Shown piece by piece: positions 44,795 to 55,986 of a stretch of 64,000 nt of DNA. The position numbers and the translations under genes are program-made. The stretch is from an uncultured Pseudomonadota bacterium (GTDB taxonomy: Bacteria; Pseudomonadota; Alphaproteobacteria; Acetobacterales; Acetobacteraceae). Below the pieces are notes generated by a model. It did no database searches. It was not told the origin of the DNA and was given only the letters and a program-made list of their open reading frames with translations. The stretch lies in the NCBI GenBank assembly GCA_963758455.1, contig CAVWVK010000007.1, positions 124,340 through 188,339 on the forward strand, written 5' to 3'. Each line of letters begins with the position of its first letter. Positions within the stretch are counted from its first letter, which is position 1.

Positions 44795-45805
44795 ATGCGC
44801 GACGCCAGCGTCATGTTTGCAGGCGACGGCCCGGACGACGCCCGCGCCATCCGGGCGTGGCGCCTGGAGGGCCGCGGCGACGGGCCGCGCGCGCATGTGC
44901 AGGCCGGGGTTCACGCCGACGAGATCCCGCCGATGCTGGTGGCGCACCACCTGCTGGCGATGCTGCGGCGGGCCGAGGCCGAGGGGCGGCTGCGCGGCAC
45001 CGTGACGATCGTGCCGCAGGCCAACCCGATCGGCCTGCGACAGTTCGCGCATGGCCGCCTGCTGGGCCGGTTCGACGCGGCCACGGGGCGCAACTTCAAT
45101 CGGCGGTTCGCACCGCCGGCAGCGGGCGATCCCGCGCCCGGCGTGGCGGCCTGGCAGGCCGCCCTGCTCGCGCTGTCCGAGGCGGCCGACATCGTGCTCG
45201 ACCTGCATACCGACGACGAGGCACTCCCTTATGTCTATCTGCACACCGCGTTCTGGCCGGCCGCCGCCGACCTCGCGGCCTGCCTGGGCGCCGCCGCCGC
45301 GATCCTGTGGGACGGCGACGGCGGCGGCGCGTTCGAGGACGCGGTCGCCGGGCGATGGCTGGCCGAGGGTCGCACCGCCGGCCGCCTGGCCGCGACCGTC
45401 GAGCTGCGCGGCCAGGCCGACGTCAGCGACGCGCTGGCCCTGGCCGATGCGCGGGCCTTGCATCGGCTGCTCTGCGCACGCGGCGTGATCGACGGCGACG
45501 GCGCGGTGCCGCCTTGGCGGGGCGAGCCTGTGCCGATCGCCCACATGCAGACCATCCGCGCCCCGGCCGCGGGCATCGTCGTGTTCACCCGCGAACTGGG
45601 CGCCAGGCTAGCGGCGGGCGAGCCGTTCGCGCGCCTGGTGCCGCGCCCCGACGATCCGGATGCCGACCTCGACCTCGCCGCGCCCAACGCCGGCCTGCTG
45701 CTGACCCGCACCCGCGATCGTTATACGGCCGAGGGCGGGGTTGTCGCCAAGCTCACCGGGGATGCACCTTTCCCGGCCTGGTCCGGCGGTCCGCTGGACG
45801 ACTGA
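44795..45805 (+). CDS. Succinylglutamate desuccinylase / aspartoacylase family (M14-like) protein
   Basis: Contains ..HVQAGVHADEIPPMLVAHHLL..TIVPQANPIG..RNFNRRF..IVLDLHTDDEALPYVY.. Confidence 0.72.
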   Translation: MRDASVMFAGDGPDDARAIRAWRLEGRGDGPRAHVQAGVHADEIPPMLVAHHLLAMLRRAEAEGRLRGTVTIVPQANPIGLRQFAHGRLLGRFDAATGRNFNRRFAPPAAGDPAPGVAAWQAALLALSEAADIVLDLHTDDEALPYVYLHTAFWPAAADLAACLGAAAAILWDGDGGGAFEDAVAGRWLAEGRTAGRLAATVELRGQADVSDALALADARALHRLLCARGVIDGDGAVPPWRGEPVPIAHMQTIRAPAAGIVVFTRELGARLAAGEPFARLVPRPDDPDADLDLAAPNAGLLLTRTRDRYTAEGGVVAKLTGDAPFPAWSGGPLDD

Positions 45806-45824
45806 GAGCGAAAGGACCCGCACC

Positions 45825-46940
45825 ATGCGCATCGTCATCGTGGGAGCCGGCATCGCCGGCCTGGCCTCGGCCTGGGCGCTGACCCGGGCCGGCCATGCGG
45901 TCACGTTGCTGGAACAGGCGGCGGAGATCCCCAACCCGGCGGCCGCGTCGGGCGACCAGCACCGCATCATCCGCCGCGGCTACGGCGCCGCCGACGGCTA
46001 TGCCCGCCTGATTACCGAAGCCTTCGCGGCATGGGACGAACTCTGGTCGGATCTCGGCGCAACCCATTATGTCGAGAACGGCATCCTGTGCGTGTGTCAG
46101 CGCGAGGGCGACGAGGCCGATGGGATCCGCGCTGGATACGACCGCGTGCAGCTCGGCTACGCGACGTTCACGCCGGAGCAAGCCGCCACCCGCTTCGCCT
46201 TCCTCGACCCGGCGACATTCCGCTACGCATTCCTGACCCCCGAGGGCGGCGCGCTGTTGTGCCAGCGCATCGCATCGGGGCTGCTGGCCTGGCTGGCGTC
46301 GCATGGCGCCACGATCCGGCCGGCCACGCGGATCGCGGCGATCGAGCCGGAGCGTGCGCGCGCCGTCGCCGAGGACGGCGCGGTGTTCGAGGGCGACCGC
46401 CTGCTGGTCACGGCCGGCGCCTGGACCACGAAACTCGCGCCGGCCCTGGCTCCGACCTTGCGCAGCCTGCGCACCTATGTCGGCTACATCACCCCGCCCG
46501 CCGACCTCGCCGAGGCGTGGCGGCAGGCGCCGACCATCCTCTCGCTCGGCGGTGATTCCGAAGCCTGGGCGATCCCGCCGGTGGCCGGCACGGGGCTGAA
46601 GTTCGGCTCCGGCTTGCTGCAGTACGAGGCGGACCCGAACGACGCGCAAGCCGCCACGCCGCAGGTCGAGGCGGCGCTGCTGCGCGCCGTCGCGCCGCCG
46701 CTGGCGCGCATCGGCGAGTATCGCGTGCAGTCGATGCGCGGCTGCGCCTACACGTTCACCGAGGACGAATGCTTCTTCTCCGAGATGATCGGGCGCACGC
46801 TGATCGTCTCCGCCTGCTCCGGGCATGGCTACAAGTTCGGCGCCGCCGTCGGCCGGCGCGTGGCCGCGGCGCTGGCCGACGGCGACGCGGCGGGATTGCG
46901 GCGCTGGCTGCGCGCCGAGGCGCTGCCGCGCGCCGCATGA
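45825..46940 (+). CDS. FAD-dependent oxidoreductase (opine/sarcosine oxidase beta-like)
   Basis: MRIVIVGAGIAGLASAWALTRAGHAVTLLEQ.. and ..VSACSGHGYKFGAAVG... Confidence 0.8.
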   Translation: MRIVIVGAGIAGLASAWALTRAGHAVTLLEQAAEIPNPAAASGDQHRIIRRGYGAADGYARLITEAFAAWDELWSDLGATHYVENGILCVCQREGDEADGIRAGYDRVQLGYATFTPEQAATRFAFLDPATFRYAFLTPEGGALLCQRIASGLLAWLASHGATIRPATRIAAIEPERARAVAEDGAVFEGDRLLVTAGAWTTKLAPALAPTLRSLRTYVGYITPPADLAEAWRQAPTILSLGGDSEAWAIPPVAGTGLKFGSGLLQYEADPNDAQAATPQVEAALLRAVAPPLARIGEYRVQSMRGCAYTFTEDECFFSEMIGRTLIVSACSGHGYKFGAAVGRRVAAALADGDAAGLRRWLRAEALPRAA

Positions 46941-47397
46941 TCCGCCTCGCGACCCCGGCCGACGCCGCGGCGATCACGAACTGGCGCTCGCCTATGCGCC
47001 GTGGGTGGCGCGGATCGGCTGCGAGCCGGCGCCGATGCAGGCCGACTACACGGCCCTTGTCGCCGCGGGCATGACCAGCGTGCTGCTGCGCGACGGGATG
47101 ATCGCGGCGGCGCTGGTGCTGGAGCCGCACCCCGACCACCTGCTGATCGAGAACGTGGCGGTACACCCCAGCCGGCAGCGACAGGGGCTCGGGCGGCGGC
47201 TGATGGCGCACGCCGAGGCCGAGGCGCGGCGGCTCGGCCTCGATCTGCTGCGGCTTTATACGAACGCCGCGATGATCGAGAACATCGCGCTGTACCAACG
47301 CCTCGGCTACCGCGAGACGCACCGCGCCATCGAGGAGGGGCGGCATCGGGTGTACATGGACAAGCGGCTGACCGCTCCTTCCAGGGAGAGCGGATAG
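46937..47397 (+). pseudogene. GNAT family N-acetyltransferase; one frame break near 46978
   Basis: MIRLATPADAAAIT is in frame 2, and its ATG overlaps the upstream stop. ELALAYAPWV..LIENVAVHPSRQRQGLGRRLMAHAEAEARRLGL..LYTNAAMIENIALYQRLGY.. follows in ORF 46825..47397. Confidence 0.75.
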
Positions 47398-47462
47398 TGG
47401 CTCGGTTTCGATGCCGCTATCATTGAACGTTGGGGCCGGAGGAAAACAGAGGGGACTCTGAA

Positions 47463-47645
47463 ATGCGCACCCTTACCGCTTACGGGATCGGCGTCGTCAT
47501 CGTTCTCGCGGTGCTTAACGGCATAGCATGGCAAGCGGGAACGCCCCGGCTGCACGGCCTGAACGTGTTTTCCGCCGGCTTCGCCCTTGGGGTGCTCGGG
47601 ACGTACATTGCGGCTTGGCTTTACGGCTACCGCCGGATCGCCTGA
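47463..47645 (+). CDS. Small hypothetical two-TM membrane protein (60 aa)
   Basis: MRTLTAYGIGVVIVLAVLNGIAW..NVFSAGFALGVLGTYIAAWLYGY... A purine-rich stretch lies 8 nt upstream, and G+C is below the local average. I recognise no family. Confidence 0.35.
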   Translation: MRTLTAYGIGVVIVLAVLNGIAWQAGTPRLHGLNVFSAGFALGVLGTYIAAWLYGYRRIA

Positions 47646-47654
47646 GGGCGGCCT

Positions 47655-47693
47655 TCCTCTCCCTCTCCCCTCGGGAGAGGGCCGGGGTGAGGG
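47655..47693. repeat. Palindromic element family B, single-hairpin copy
   Basis: The sequence is TCCTCTCCCTCTCCCCTCGGGAGAGGGCCGGGGTGAGGG. It lies between two convergent stop codons. Confidence 0.8.
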
Positions 47694-47733
47694 TGCGCCG
47701 GCCCTCGCTCGTTGCGTTATGATTGTGCGGCAA

Positions 47734-48966
47734 TCAACGGTTGTTCTCCACCACCAGTCCGGGTCCAGCCGTCGCTACATCGAGACGGCCGGGCTGGCCG
47801 GTCTCGCCGGTCGGCGTGGCGAGGTTGTTGCCGACTACCCGCACCCCGGCCATGTGGCGCACCGCGATGGCGGCGCGCCCGTTGGCCCTTGGGCCTGGCC
47901 ACACCGCATTGTCGGATATCTCGATGTTGTGGGACTCGCCTGGCACGAACCGGCTGCGCAGCAGTATGCCCTCGGCGGTCGTACCGCGAATGACATTGCC
48001 GCTGATGAGGCCGTTGCGCGATCGACCGCCGACGATGATGCCGAAATGCACGACGCCCTGGATTCGGTTGCCGGTGATCCGGAAGCCGTCGATGTTGTCC
48101 GCCACATCGATGCCGTCTCCACCGGCGCCGTTCACCACCGTCAGGCGCGGGTCGGTGATCGTGTTGTTGCTGACCTGATCGGGTCCGGACGGGACATCGC
48201 CGTGGTCCAGCAGGATGATGTCGTTGTCCTCCAGAATGTTGCCGGCCACCAGGCAGTTCGCGTGGCGCGGATCCAGGTCGATGCCGTCGAAAGTCTTTGC
48301 GGCGGTGCCCAGAGGCGCCGCCCGCGAGTTGTCGCTGACGCGATTTCGCAGGATGCGCACGTACTCGGCGCGGACCGGACCCGGCCCATTCTTGCCACCC
48401 CGGCCGATCACGTAGATGCCGTTGTGCCAGTTGTCATGCACCAGATTGTCCGTTACGTCGACGTGCGAGCCGCTGACATCAATGCCGTTGTCGGCGGCGT
48501 TCTCCACCTCCATGTCATGCACGCGCACGTTGCTGCTGCCGTGAGGCACCAGCACGCCATCGGATTCGTGCGCCACCTTGCCGCCGGCATTGGCGGCTCC
48601 ATCCACCGTCAAGCCCGAGACGTCAACATCGGTGCTGCCGCTGGCCGGAGTGCCGCCGCCGATCTGGATGACGTTGAAGGCGCCTCCTTGCAGCGCGCGC
48701 AGAATCGTCTTGCCGATTCCCGCCCCGCTCAACGTGACGCCCGAGGGCAGCATCAGCGAGCCGGACATCATGCAGGTGCCCGGCCCGATCTGCACCTTTC
48801 CGCCGGGCGCCACCGCCCGGTTCAGAGCAGCGGCCGCATCGCCGACGCCATCACATCTCACGGTCACAGCACACGCCGGAGCGGCCAGCAAAATGCCGAA
48901 CGCGGCAAGCAGCGCCACTCCGCTCACCACCATCATGCCGCGCGTCACCTGCGGAAATGCCGTCAT
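47734..48966 (-). CDS. Secreted right-handed parallel beta-helix repeat protein (pectate-lyase/NosD-like fold)
   Basis: The ATG at 48966 is preceded by GAGGAGG. It has a signal peptide ..MMVVSGVALLAAFGILLAAPACA, then repeated ..N.R.HD..V.NA.DNGIDV.GS.V.V.DN.V.DN.. units. It lies 41 nt downstream of the pseudopilin genes on the same strand. Confidence 0.75.
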   Translation of the reverse strand: MTAFPQVTRGMMVVSGVALLAAFGILLAAPACAVTVRCDGVGDAAAALNRAVAPGGKVQIGPGTCMMSGSLMLPSGVTLSGAGIGKTILRALQGGAFNVIQIGGGTPASGSTDVDVSGLTVDGAANAGGKVAHESDGVLVPHGSSNVRVHDMEVENAADNGIDVSGSHVDVTDNLVHDNWHNGIYVIGRGGKNGPGPVRAEYVRILRNRVSDNSRAAPLGTAAKTFDGIDLDPRHANCLVAGNILEDNDIILLDHGDVPSGPDQVSNNTITDPRLTVVNGAGGDGIDVADNIDGFRITGNRIQGVVHFGIIVGGRSRNGLISGNVIRGTTAEGILLRSRFVPGESHNIEISDNAVWPGPRANGRAAIAVRHMAGVRVVGNNLATPTGETGQPGRLDVATAGPGLVVENNR

Positions 48967-49007
48967 CCTGCCCTCCTCACGGCGGGGGAGCACTGTTGCC
49001 ACCCGCG

Positions 49008-49622
49008 TCACTCCTCCTCCCGCGCCTGTTCCGGCGCCGCCACCAGGTCGGGCCAATGACGCTGCTTGTCGGGACCGGCGAAAGCGATGTGCAGCCGCAC
49101 CAGCGCCGGCGGCTGCGCGTCGTGCCAGGCGGTGTGCCAGCCCGCGCCCCTCCCGGTCGCCTGGAAATAGTCGAAATCGACATGATCGACGCCGTCCAGC
49201 AGCACCGTCTGCAATTCCGGCGGCGGCGGACCGAGGCGTTCGGCGTGCGGGTGCGGCACGGCGCGCAGCACCAGCCGATGCCGCGCGTCGACGCCGATGG
49301 CCACATCGGAGACGAACTGCCCGGCCTCGCCCGCCGTCGGCGGCAGGCGGGTGCGCAGCGCGAGCGTGTGCGCCTGCCCCTGCAATGTGCCGGCCTCGTT
49401 CGCCTCGCCCGGATCGGCCTGCTCGATCAGCCGGCGCAGCGCGCGCTGGGTGGCGTCCATGTCGGCCTGCCGGGCGATGCCGCGGGTCTGCATCCCCCAG
49501 GCCTGCAAGCCGAACCGCACGCCCTGGCTCAGCCCGGCCAGCAGGAAGCCCAGCACCACCAGCGCCACCAGGATTTCCAGCAGCGTGAAGCCGTTGCGCC
49601 GGCTCGCCAGGCACGCGGTCAC
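49008..49622 (-). CDS. gspJ: Type II secretion minor pseudopilin, GspJ-like
   Basis: GTG start. It has the prepilin N-methylation motif ..RRNGFTLLEILVALVVLGFLLAGL.. and is 204 aa. The assignment to J is by size and order. Confidence 0.55.
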   Translation of the reverse strand: MTACLASRRNGFTLLEILVALVVLGFLLAGLSQGVRFGLQAWGMQTRGIARQADMDATQRALRRLIEQADPGEANEAGTLQGQAHTLALRTRLPPTAGEAGQFVSDVAIGVDARHRLVLRAVPHPHAERLGPPPPELQTVLLDGVDHVDFDYFQATGRGAGWHTAWHDAQPPALVRLHIAFAGPDKQRHWPDLVAAPEQAREEE

Positions 49623-50080
49623 GAGGCCACGCCGCCGCGCAGTTCCAGCCGCGCGCTGTCCAGGCGCACCTCGCGATGGCCGCCGTCCATCGTCCAGCCG
49701 ACGCTGACCGCGACCGCATACAACACCGCGCGCGGCGCGCGCTGGCCGGCGTTGGCCGCCGGGTCCGTCGGTCGCGGCATCGCCACGCTGCCGCCCGGGC
49801 GGACGCGCACGCTCCAGTGAAAGCCGCCGCCGTCGTCGCCTTCCTGGTCCACGACGGCGGTAATGGAGCCGGCATCCAGCGCCACCAGGGTCTCGGCCAG
49901 CCGCGACCGGGCCAGCGACAGCGCCGCCTCGGTATGCGCGGCCGCCGCCGCCGCGCGCATCCCGCCCAGCACGCCGTCGAACATCGCCCCCAGCGCCAGG
50001 GCGGCGATGATGAAGGCGACCAGCACCTCCAGCAGCGTGAACCCGGCGCCGCGGCGATGGCGGCTATGAGGCGGACGCAT
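49619..50080 (-). CDS. gspI: Type II secretion minor pseudopilin, GspI-like
   Basis: MRPPHSRHRRGAGFTLLEVLVAFIIAALALGAMF.., 153 aa. Confidence 0.55.
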   Translation of the reverse strand: MRPPHSRHRRGAGFTLLEVLVAFIIAALALGAMFDGVLGGMRAAAAAAHTEAALSLARSRLAETLVALDAGSITAVVDQEGDDGGGFHWSVRVRPGGSVAMPRPTDPAANAGQRAPRAVLYAVAVSVGWTMDGGHREVRLDSARLELRGGVAS

Positions 50081-50534
50081 CGACGATGCTGACCCGTCCG
50101 GTCAGCCAGTCCACGCCGACCGCCAGCCGCAGCCCGCCTTCGGCCAGCGTCACCGTCCCGCCGCTGGCGCTGCCATCGGGGGCGAAGCGGAAGCCGGCCA
50201 GCCGCTGGCCCAGGGTCTGCGTGATGTTGGCGGTGACGGCGATGGCGACCTGCGGCGGCAGGGTTTGCAGCTTGCCGCCATCGACGCGCAGGCCATGCGC
50301 CGCCAGGTCGAACACCACTTCCACCGGCCGGTCGCCGCCGATCGCCTGGCCGCGCGCGCCGCGCAGCACGCGCGCCACCTCGGCGGCGACGGCGTGGGTC
50401 TGCAAGGTCCGGCTGCGCATCGGCCCGTGCGAGAGGACGAGGCCCATCACCAGACCCAGCACCGCGAGCACGACCATGATTTCCAGCAGGGTGAAGCCGC
50501 CCTGGCCGCGGCGCGCGCGCCTAGCTTCCCGCAA
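50064..50534 (-). CDS. gspH: Type II secretion minor pseudopilin, GspH-like
   Basis: ..GQGGFTLLEIMVVLAVLGLVMGLV.. then ..AAEVARVLRGARGQAI.. (GspH/FimT-like), 156 aa, TTG start. Confidence 0.55.
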   Translation of the reverse strand: MREARRARRGQGGFTLLEIMVVLAVLGLVMGLVLSHGPMRSRTLQTHAVAAEVARVLRGARGQAIGGDRPVEVVFDLAAHGLRVDGGKLQTLPPQVAIAVTANITQTLGQRLAGFRFAPDGSASGGTVTLAEGGLRLAVGVDWLTGRVSIVDASAS

Positions 50535-51747
50535 GGTCGTTCAGACTCAGCATGGCCAGCATCAGCGAGGCGACGATGCCCGCCACCGCGGCGCCCATGA
50601 CGATGGTGATGGCCGGCACCAGCAGCGAAATCAGCCGCTGCACGCCCAGCCGCGTGTTCTCCTCGTGGATTTCCGCCGCCCGCAGCGCCATCGGGCCGAG
50701 CTGCGCGGTCTCCTCGCCCAGCCGCAGCAGATAGACCGTGCGCAGCGGGAAGATGCCGCTCTCGCCCAGCGGTCGCGACAGGCCGGCGCCGCCCTTGGCG
50801 CTCTCGGTCGCCGCCTGCACCGCGCCCACGGCGGCCAGGTTGCCGATCACCTCGCGCACGATGTCCAGGGCGGCGATCAGCGGCGTGCCGTTGATGACCA
50901 GCGTGCCGAGCGTGCGCGAGAACCGCGCCGCCAGCACCTCGCGCGACAGGCCGCCCAGCACCGGCAGGCGCAGCACCAGCCGGTCGAAGCGCAGCCGTAT
51001 GGCAGGCTGGGTCAACGCCTGGCGCACCACCAGGCCCAGCACCAGCAGCCCCAGCAGCGCATACGACCCGTAGGCGCTGACCCAGTTTCCGACGCCGATC
51101 AGGATGCGCGTGGGGGTCGGCAGGGCGGCGCCGTTCTGCTCGAACAGCGGCACGAATTGCGGCAGCACCTCGGTCAGCAGCAGCACGATCGCGCCGATGG
51201 CGGCCACCATCAGCAGCGACGGATAGATCATCGCCGACTTGACCGTGGCCGACAGGCTGCGCTCGCGCTCCAGCAGCATCGCCAGCCGCTCCAGGGTCGG
51301 CGCCAGCACGCCGCCGGCCTCGCCGGCGCGGATCAAGCCGACATACAGGCGCGGAAAGCTGGCCGGAAAGCGGCCCAGCACCGTGGCCAGCGAGGCGCCG
51401 TCGCGCACGCCGGCGCGGATCTGGTCCAGGATAGCGGCCACGCGCGGGTTCGGCGCGGTCTCGACCAGAAAGCGCAGCGCGCGGTCCAGATCCTGCCCCG
51501 CCGTGAGCATGATCGCCAGCTCGCGCGTCAGATCCGCCACTTCCTGCCGCCGCAGCTTGGTGCCGCCGCCGAGCGAGGCGTTGAGGATGCCCGACAGCGA
51601 CACCCGCCCGGTTTCCGGGTCGGCGCGCAGCGGGATGTTGCCCTGCCGGCGCAGCGCCTCGATCACCGCCTGCGGGCTGGCCGCGTCCATCGCACCGCGG
51701 GTCATCTCGCCGGCGGGCGTGATCGCCACATAGCGGAAACTGGCCAT
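50521..51747 (-). CDS. gspF: Type II secretion system inner-membrane platform protein GspF
   Basis: 408 aa with two T2SS-F repeats: ..FTRELAIMLTAGQDLDRALRFL.. and ..FSRTLGTLVINGTPLIAALDIV... Confidence 0.9.
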   Translation of the reverse strand: MASFRYVAITPAGEMTRGAMDAASPQAVIEALRRQGNIPLRADPETGRVSLSGILNASLGGGTKLRRQEVADLTRELAIMLTAGQDLDRALRFLVETAPNPRVAAILDQIRAGVRDGASLATVLGRFPASFPRLYVGLIRAGEAGGVLAPTLERLAMLLERERSLSATVKSAMIYPSLLMVAAIGAIVLLLTEVLPQFVPLFEQNGAALPTPTRILIGVGNWVSAYGSYALLGLLVLGLVVRQALTQPAIRLRFDRLVLRLPVLGGLSREVLAARFSRTLGTLVINGTPLIAALDIVREVIGNLAAVGAVQAATESAKGGAGLSRPLGESGIFPLRTVYLLRLGEETAQLGPMALRAAEIHEENTRLGVQRLISLLVPAITIVMGAAVAGIVASLMLAMLSLNDLAGS

Positions 51748-51784
51748 CGCGGCGTCCTAAGCGACGGCCGGCAAGCGGCGGGCG

Positions 51785-51864
51785 CCCTCACCCCGGCCCT
51801 CTCCCGGAGGGAGAGGGAGAAGCGGCCTGCTCCCTCTCCCTCCGGGAGAGGGCCGGGGTGAGGG
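51785..51864. repeat. Palindromic element family B, full two-hairpin copy, inside the gspE-gspF intergenic space
   Basis: The sequence is CCCTCACCCCGGCCCTCTCCCGGAGGGAGAGGGAG..CTCCCTCTCCCTCCGGGAGAGGGCCGGGGTGAGGG. Confidence 0.85.
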
Positions 51865-51881
51865 CCTTTCGCCGCGCGCCA

Positions 51882-53602
<1,721 letters not shown>

Positions 53603-53811
53603 AATCCGGTTTCCGGGCGCGGGTTGTGGCTGGGTTCAGTATAGCAGAACGGCGGCGGCATGGGCGCATTCGCGCGCCGGCGCCAGCGCAAATCGCATTC
53701 GGCACGCAATCGCTTCGAGTCTACTTAAAAACAAGTTGCCGCTCTCGTTGCGCCGCTCTAACGTAGCCGGGTTAACGAAGTTTTCACGTCGGAAACGGTG
53801 GGGAGGACACC

Positions 53812-55135
53812 ATGCAGGCGTATCGCGGGGCAGGCGTATCGCGGGACTGGCGGGCTGTCTGGTCGGGCCTGGCGGCGGTGGGCGCGATGGTGGCGACCGG
53901 GGCGCCGGCGCCGGCGCGGGCGCAGACCGGGTTGACGACCCTCTACAGCTTCACCGGCGGCACGGATGGCGCCACCCTGTTCAAGGGGCCGACCCGCGAC
54001 GCCGCGGGCAATCTGTATGGCAACAGCTTCTACGGCGCCGATGCCTGTCCGGACTCCTATCAGTACGCGGGCGTCGGCTGCGGCACGATCTGGAAGCTGG
54101 ACCCGCAGGGCAGCCTGACCACGCTGGTGACGTTCAAGGGATCGGCCAAGGGATCGGGCAACGGCGCCGACCCGGACGGCAATCTGACGCTGCGCAAGAA
54201 CGTCCTGTACGGAACGGCATATGCGGGCGGGTCCGCGAACCAGGGCCTGGTGTTCCGGGTGGACACCACCGGAAAGCACTTCAAGACGCTGTACAGCTTC
54301 AGCGGCACCGACGGCGAGTATCCCGAATTCCACGCCGCGCCTGGACAGCCAGGGCGACATCTTCAGCGTCACCCCCTACGGCGGTCCGGGCTACGACGGC
54401 ACCGCGCAGTCCGGCTTCGGCGTGCTGTTCGAGATCACCAGCGCAGGCAATTTCGTCTCGCAGCACCCGTTCAGCGGCGGTGCCGACGGCGGCGTGCCCG
54501 GGCGCATCGTCCTGAACGCGGCGGGCACGATCTTCGGGGCGACCGGCAGCGGCGGCGCGTGCAGCGGCACCGGCCTGCCGGCGGCAGGCTGCGGCGTGGT
54601 GTACATGTTCACGCCCGGCACCGGCCAATTCCAGACGCTGTACACGTTCACCGGCACCACCGATGGCTACGTCCCGAGTGTCGCCGGCCTCGATGCGGCC
54701 GGCGACATCTACGGCTCCACCCTCGACGGCGGCGCGCTTGGCTACGGCACCCTGTTCAAGCTGAAGGCGAAGAAAAGCGGCGGCTACACATACGAACATC
54801 TGTATGACTTCACCGGGAACAGCGACGGCGCCCATCCGAACTCGCCGCTGCTGGCCGGCCCGGACGAGTTCATCGGCGGCACCCAGGAAGGGCCGATCGT
54901 CGGCAACAACACCGGCGCCGGCGTGCTGTTCGAATACAACAAGGGCACGTTCTCGACGCTGTACACCTTCGTCAACGACACCCACGGCGGCTTTCCCTAC
55001 GGCACGCCGGTGCTCGGCAGCACCGGAACGATCTACGGCACCACGGCCTATGGCGGCGTCGCGCCGTGCAGCACGTCGGGGGGCACCTTGATCTCCAGCT
55101 ACGGGTGCGGGACGATCTACCAGTACGTGCCGTAG
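53812..55135 (+). pseudogene. Secreted GloVer (Gloeo_Verruco) tandem-repeat protein; one frame break near 54320-54324
   Basis: It has a signal peptide ..AVGAMVATGAPAPARA. About seven repeats follow the pattern LYSF.G..DG..P...L..D..GN.YG.T..GG....G..F.. (for example TLYSFTGGTDGA, TLYSFSGTDGEYP, TLYTFTGTTDGYVP, HLYDFTGNSDGAHP). It continues from ORF 53812..54807 into ORF 54221..55135. Confidence 0.7.
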
Positions 55136-55189
55136 CGGCGGCGCCGCGCCGTCGCCGGGGGCCGCATCGGCGAAGGGAGCGGCTGCATC

Positions 55190-55930
55190 TTGGACTCCCG
55201 GTGGCTGGCGGTGCTGGCCGCACCCTTCGTCGGCAGCTTTCTCGGCGTGCTGATCCGCAGGCTACCCGCCGACCGGCCGATCGCCGCCGCGCGCTCATGC
55301 TGCGAGGCGTGCGGGCGGACGCTGGGACCGCTCGATCTGGTGCCGATCGCCAGCTACCTGGCGCTGCGCGGCCGCTGCCGGTCCTGCGGCGCGCGCATCG
55401 CGCCGATGCACCTGGGCGTGGAACTGGCCGCGACCGCCGTGGCCGGCGTGGCCGCCGCCTTCGACAGCGGCGCGCCGCTGTGGGCCGGCTGCGCGCTGGG
55501 CTGGACCCTGCTGGCGCTGGCCTGGATCGACTGGGAGCATTTCTGGCTGCCCGACGCGCTGACCCTGCCGCTGATCGTCGCCGGCCTCGCCGCGACCTGG
55601 TTCCTGGCGCCGTGGGCGGCCACCGATCACGCGGCGGCGGCGGCGCTGGCCTATGCCGGATTGCGCGGCCTCGGCGCGCTGTACCGCAGGCTGCGCGGGC
55701 GCGAGGGGCTGGGCCAGGGCGACGCAAAGCTGCTGGCCGCCGGCGGCGCGTGGCTGGGCCTCGCGGCGCTGCCGGACCTGCTGCTGCTGGCCGCCCTGCT
55801 GGGCCTGGCGGCCGCCGGCGTGGCCCGCTGGCGCGGCCGCGCCATGACCGCCGCGACGGCGCTGCCATTCGGCCCACCCCTGGCCGCCGCGACCTGGGCA
55901 CTGTGGCTGCTGGCCCGGGCGCAAACCTAG
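55190..55930 (+). CDS. Prepilin peptidase (A24 family, GspO/PilD type)
   Basis: TTG start. Contains ..CCEACGRTLGPLDLVPIASYLALRGRCRSCGARI.. (zinc-binding N-domain), ..IDWEHFWLPD.. and ..GQGDAKLLAAGGAWLG.. (the two catalytic Asp motifs). Confidence 0.88.
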   Translation: MDSRWLAVLAAPFVGSFLGVLIRRLPADRPIAAARSCCEACGRTLGPLDLVPIASYLALRGRCRSCGARIAPMHLGVELAATAVAGVAAAFDSGAPLWAGCALGWTLLALAWIDWEHFWLPDALTLPLIVAGLAATWFLAPWAATDHAAAAALAYAGLRGLGALYRRLRGREGLGQGDAKLLAAGGAWLGLAALPDLLLLAALLGLAAAGVARWRGRAMTAATALPFGPPLAAATWALWLLARAQT

Positions 55931-55986
55931 CGCCACGAAACGGCCCCCAAACCTCGCGCCACGAAGCGGCCCGCCCTTCGTCCGAC

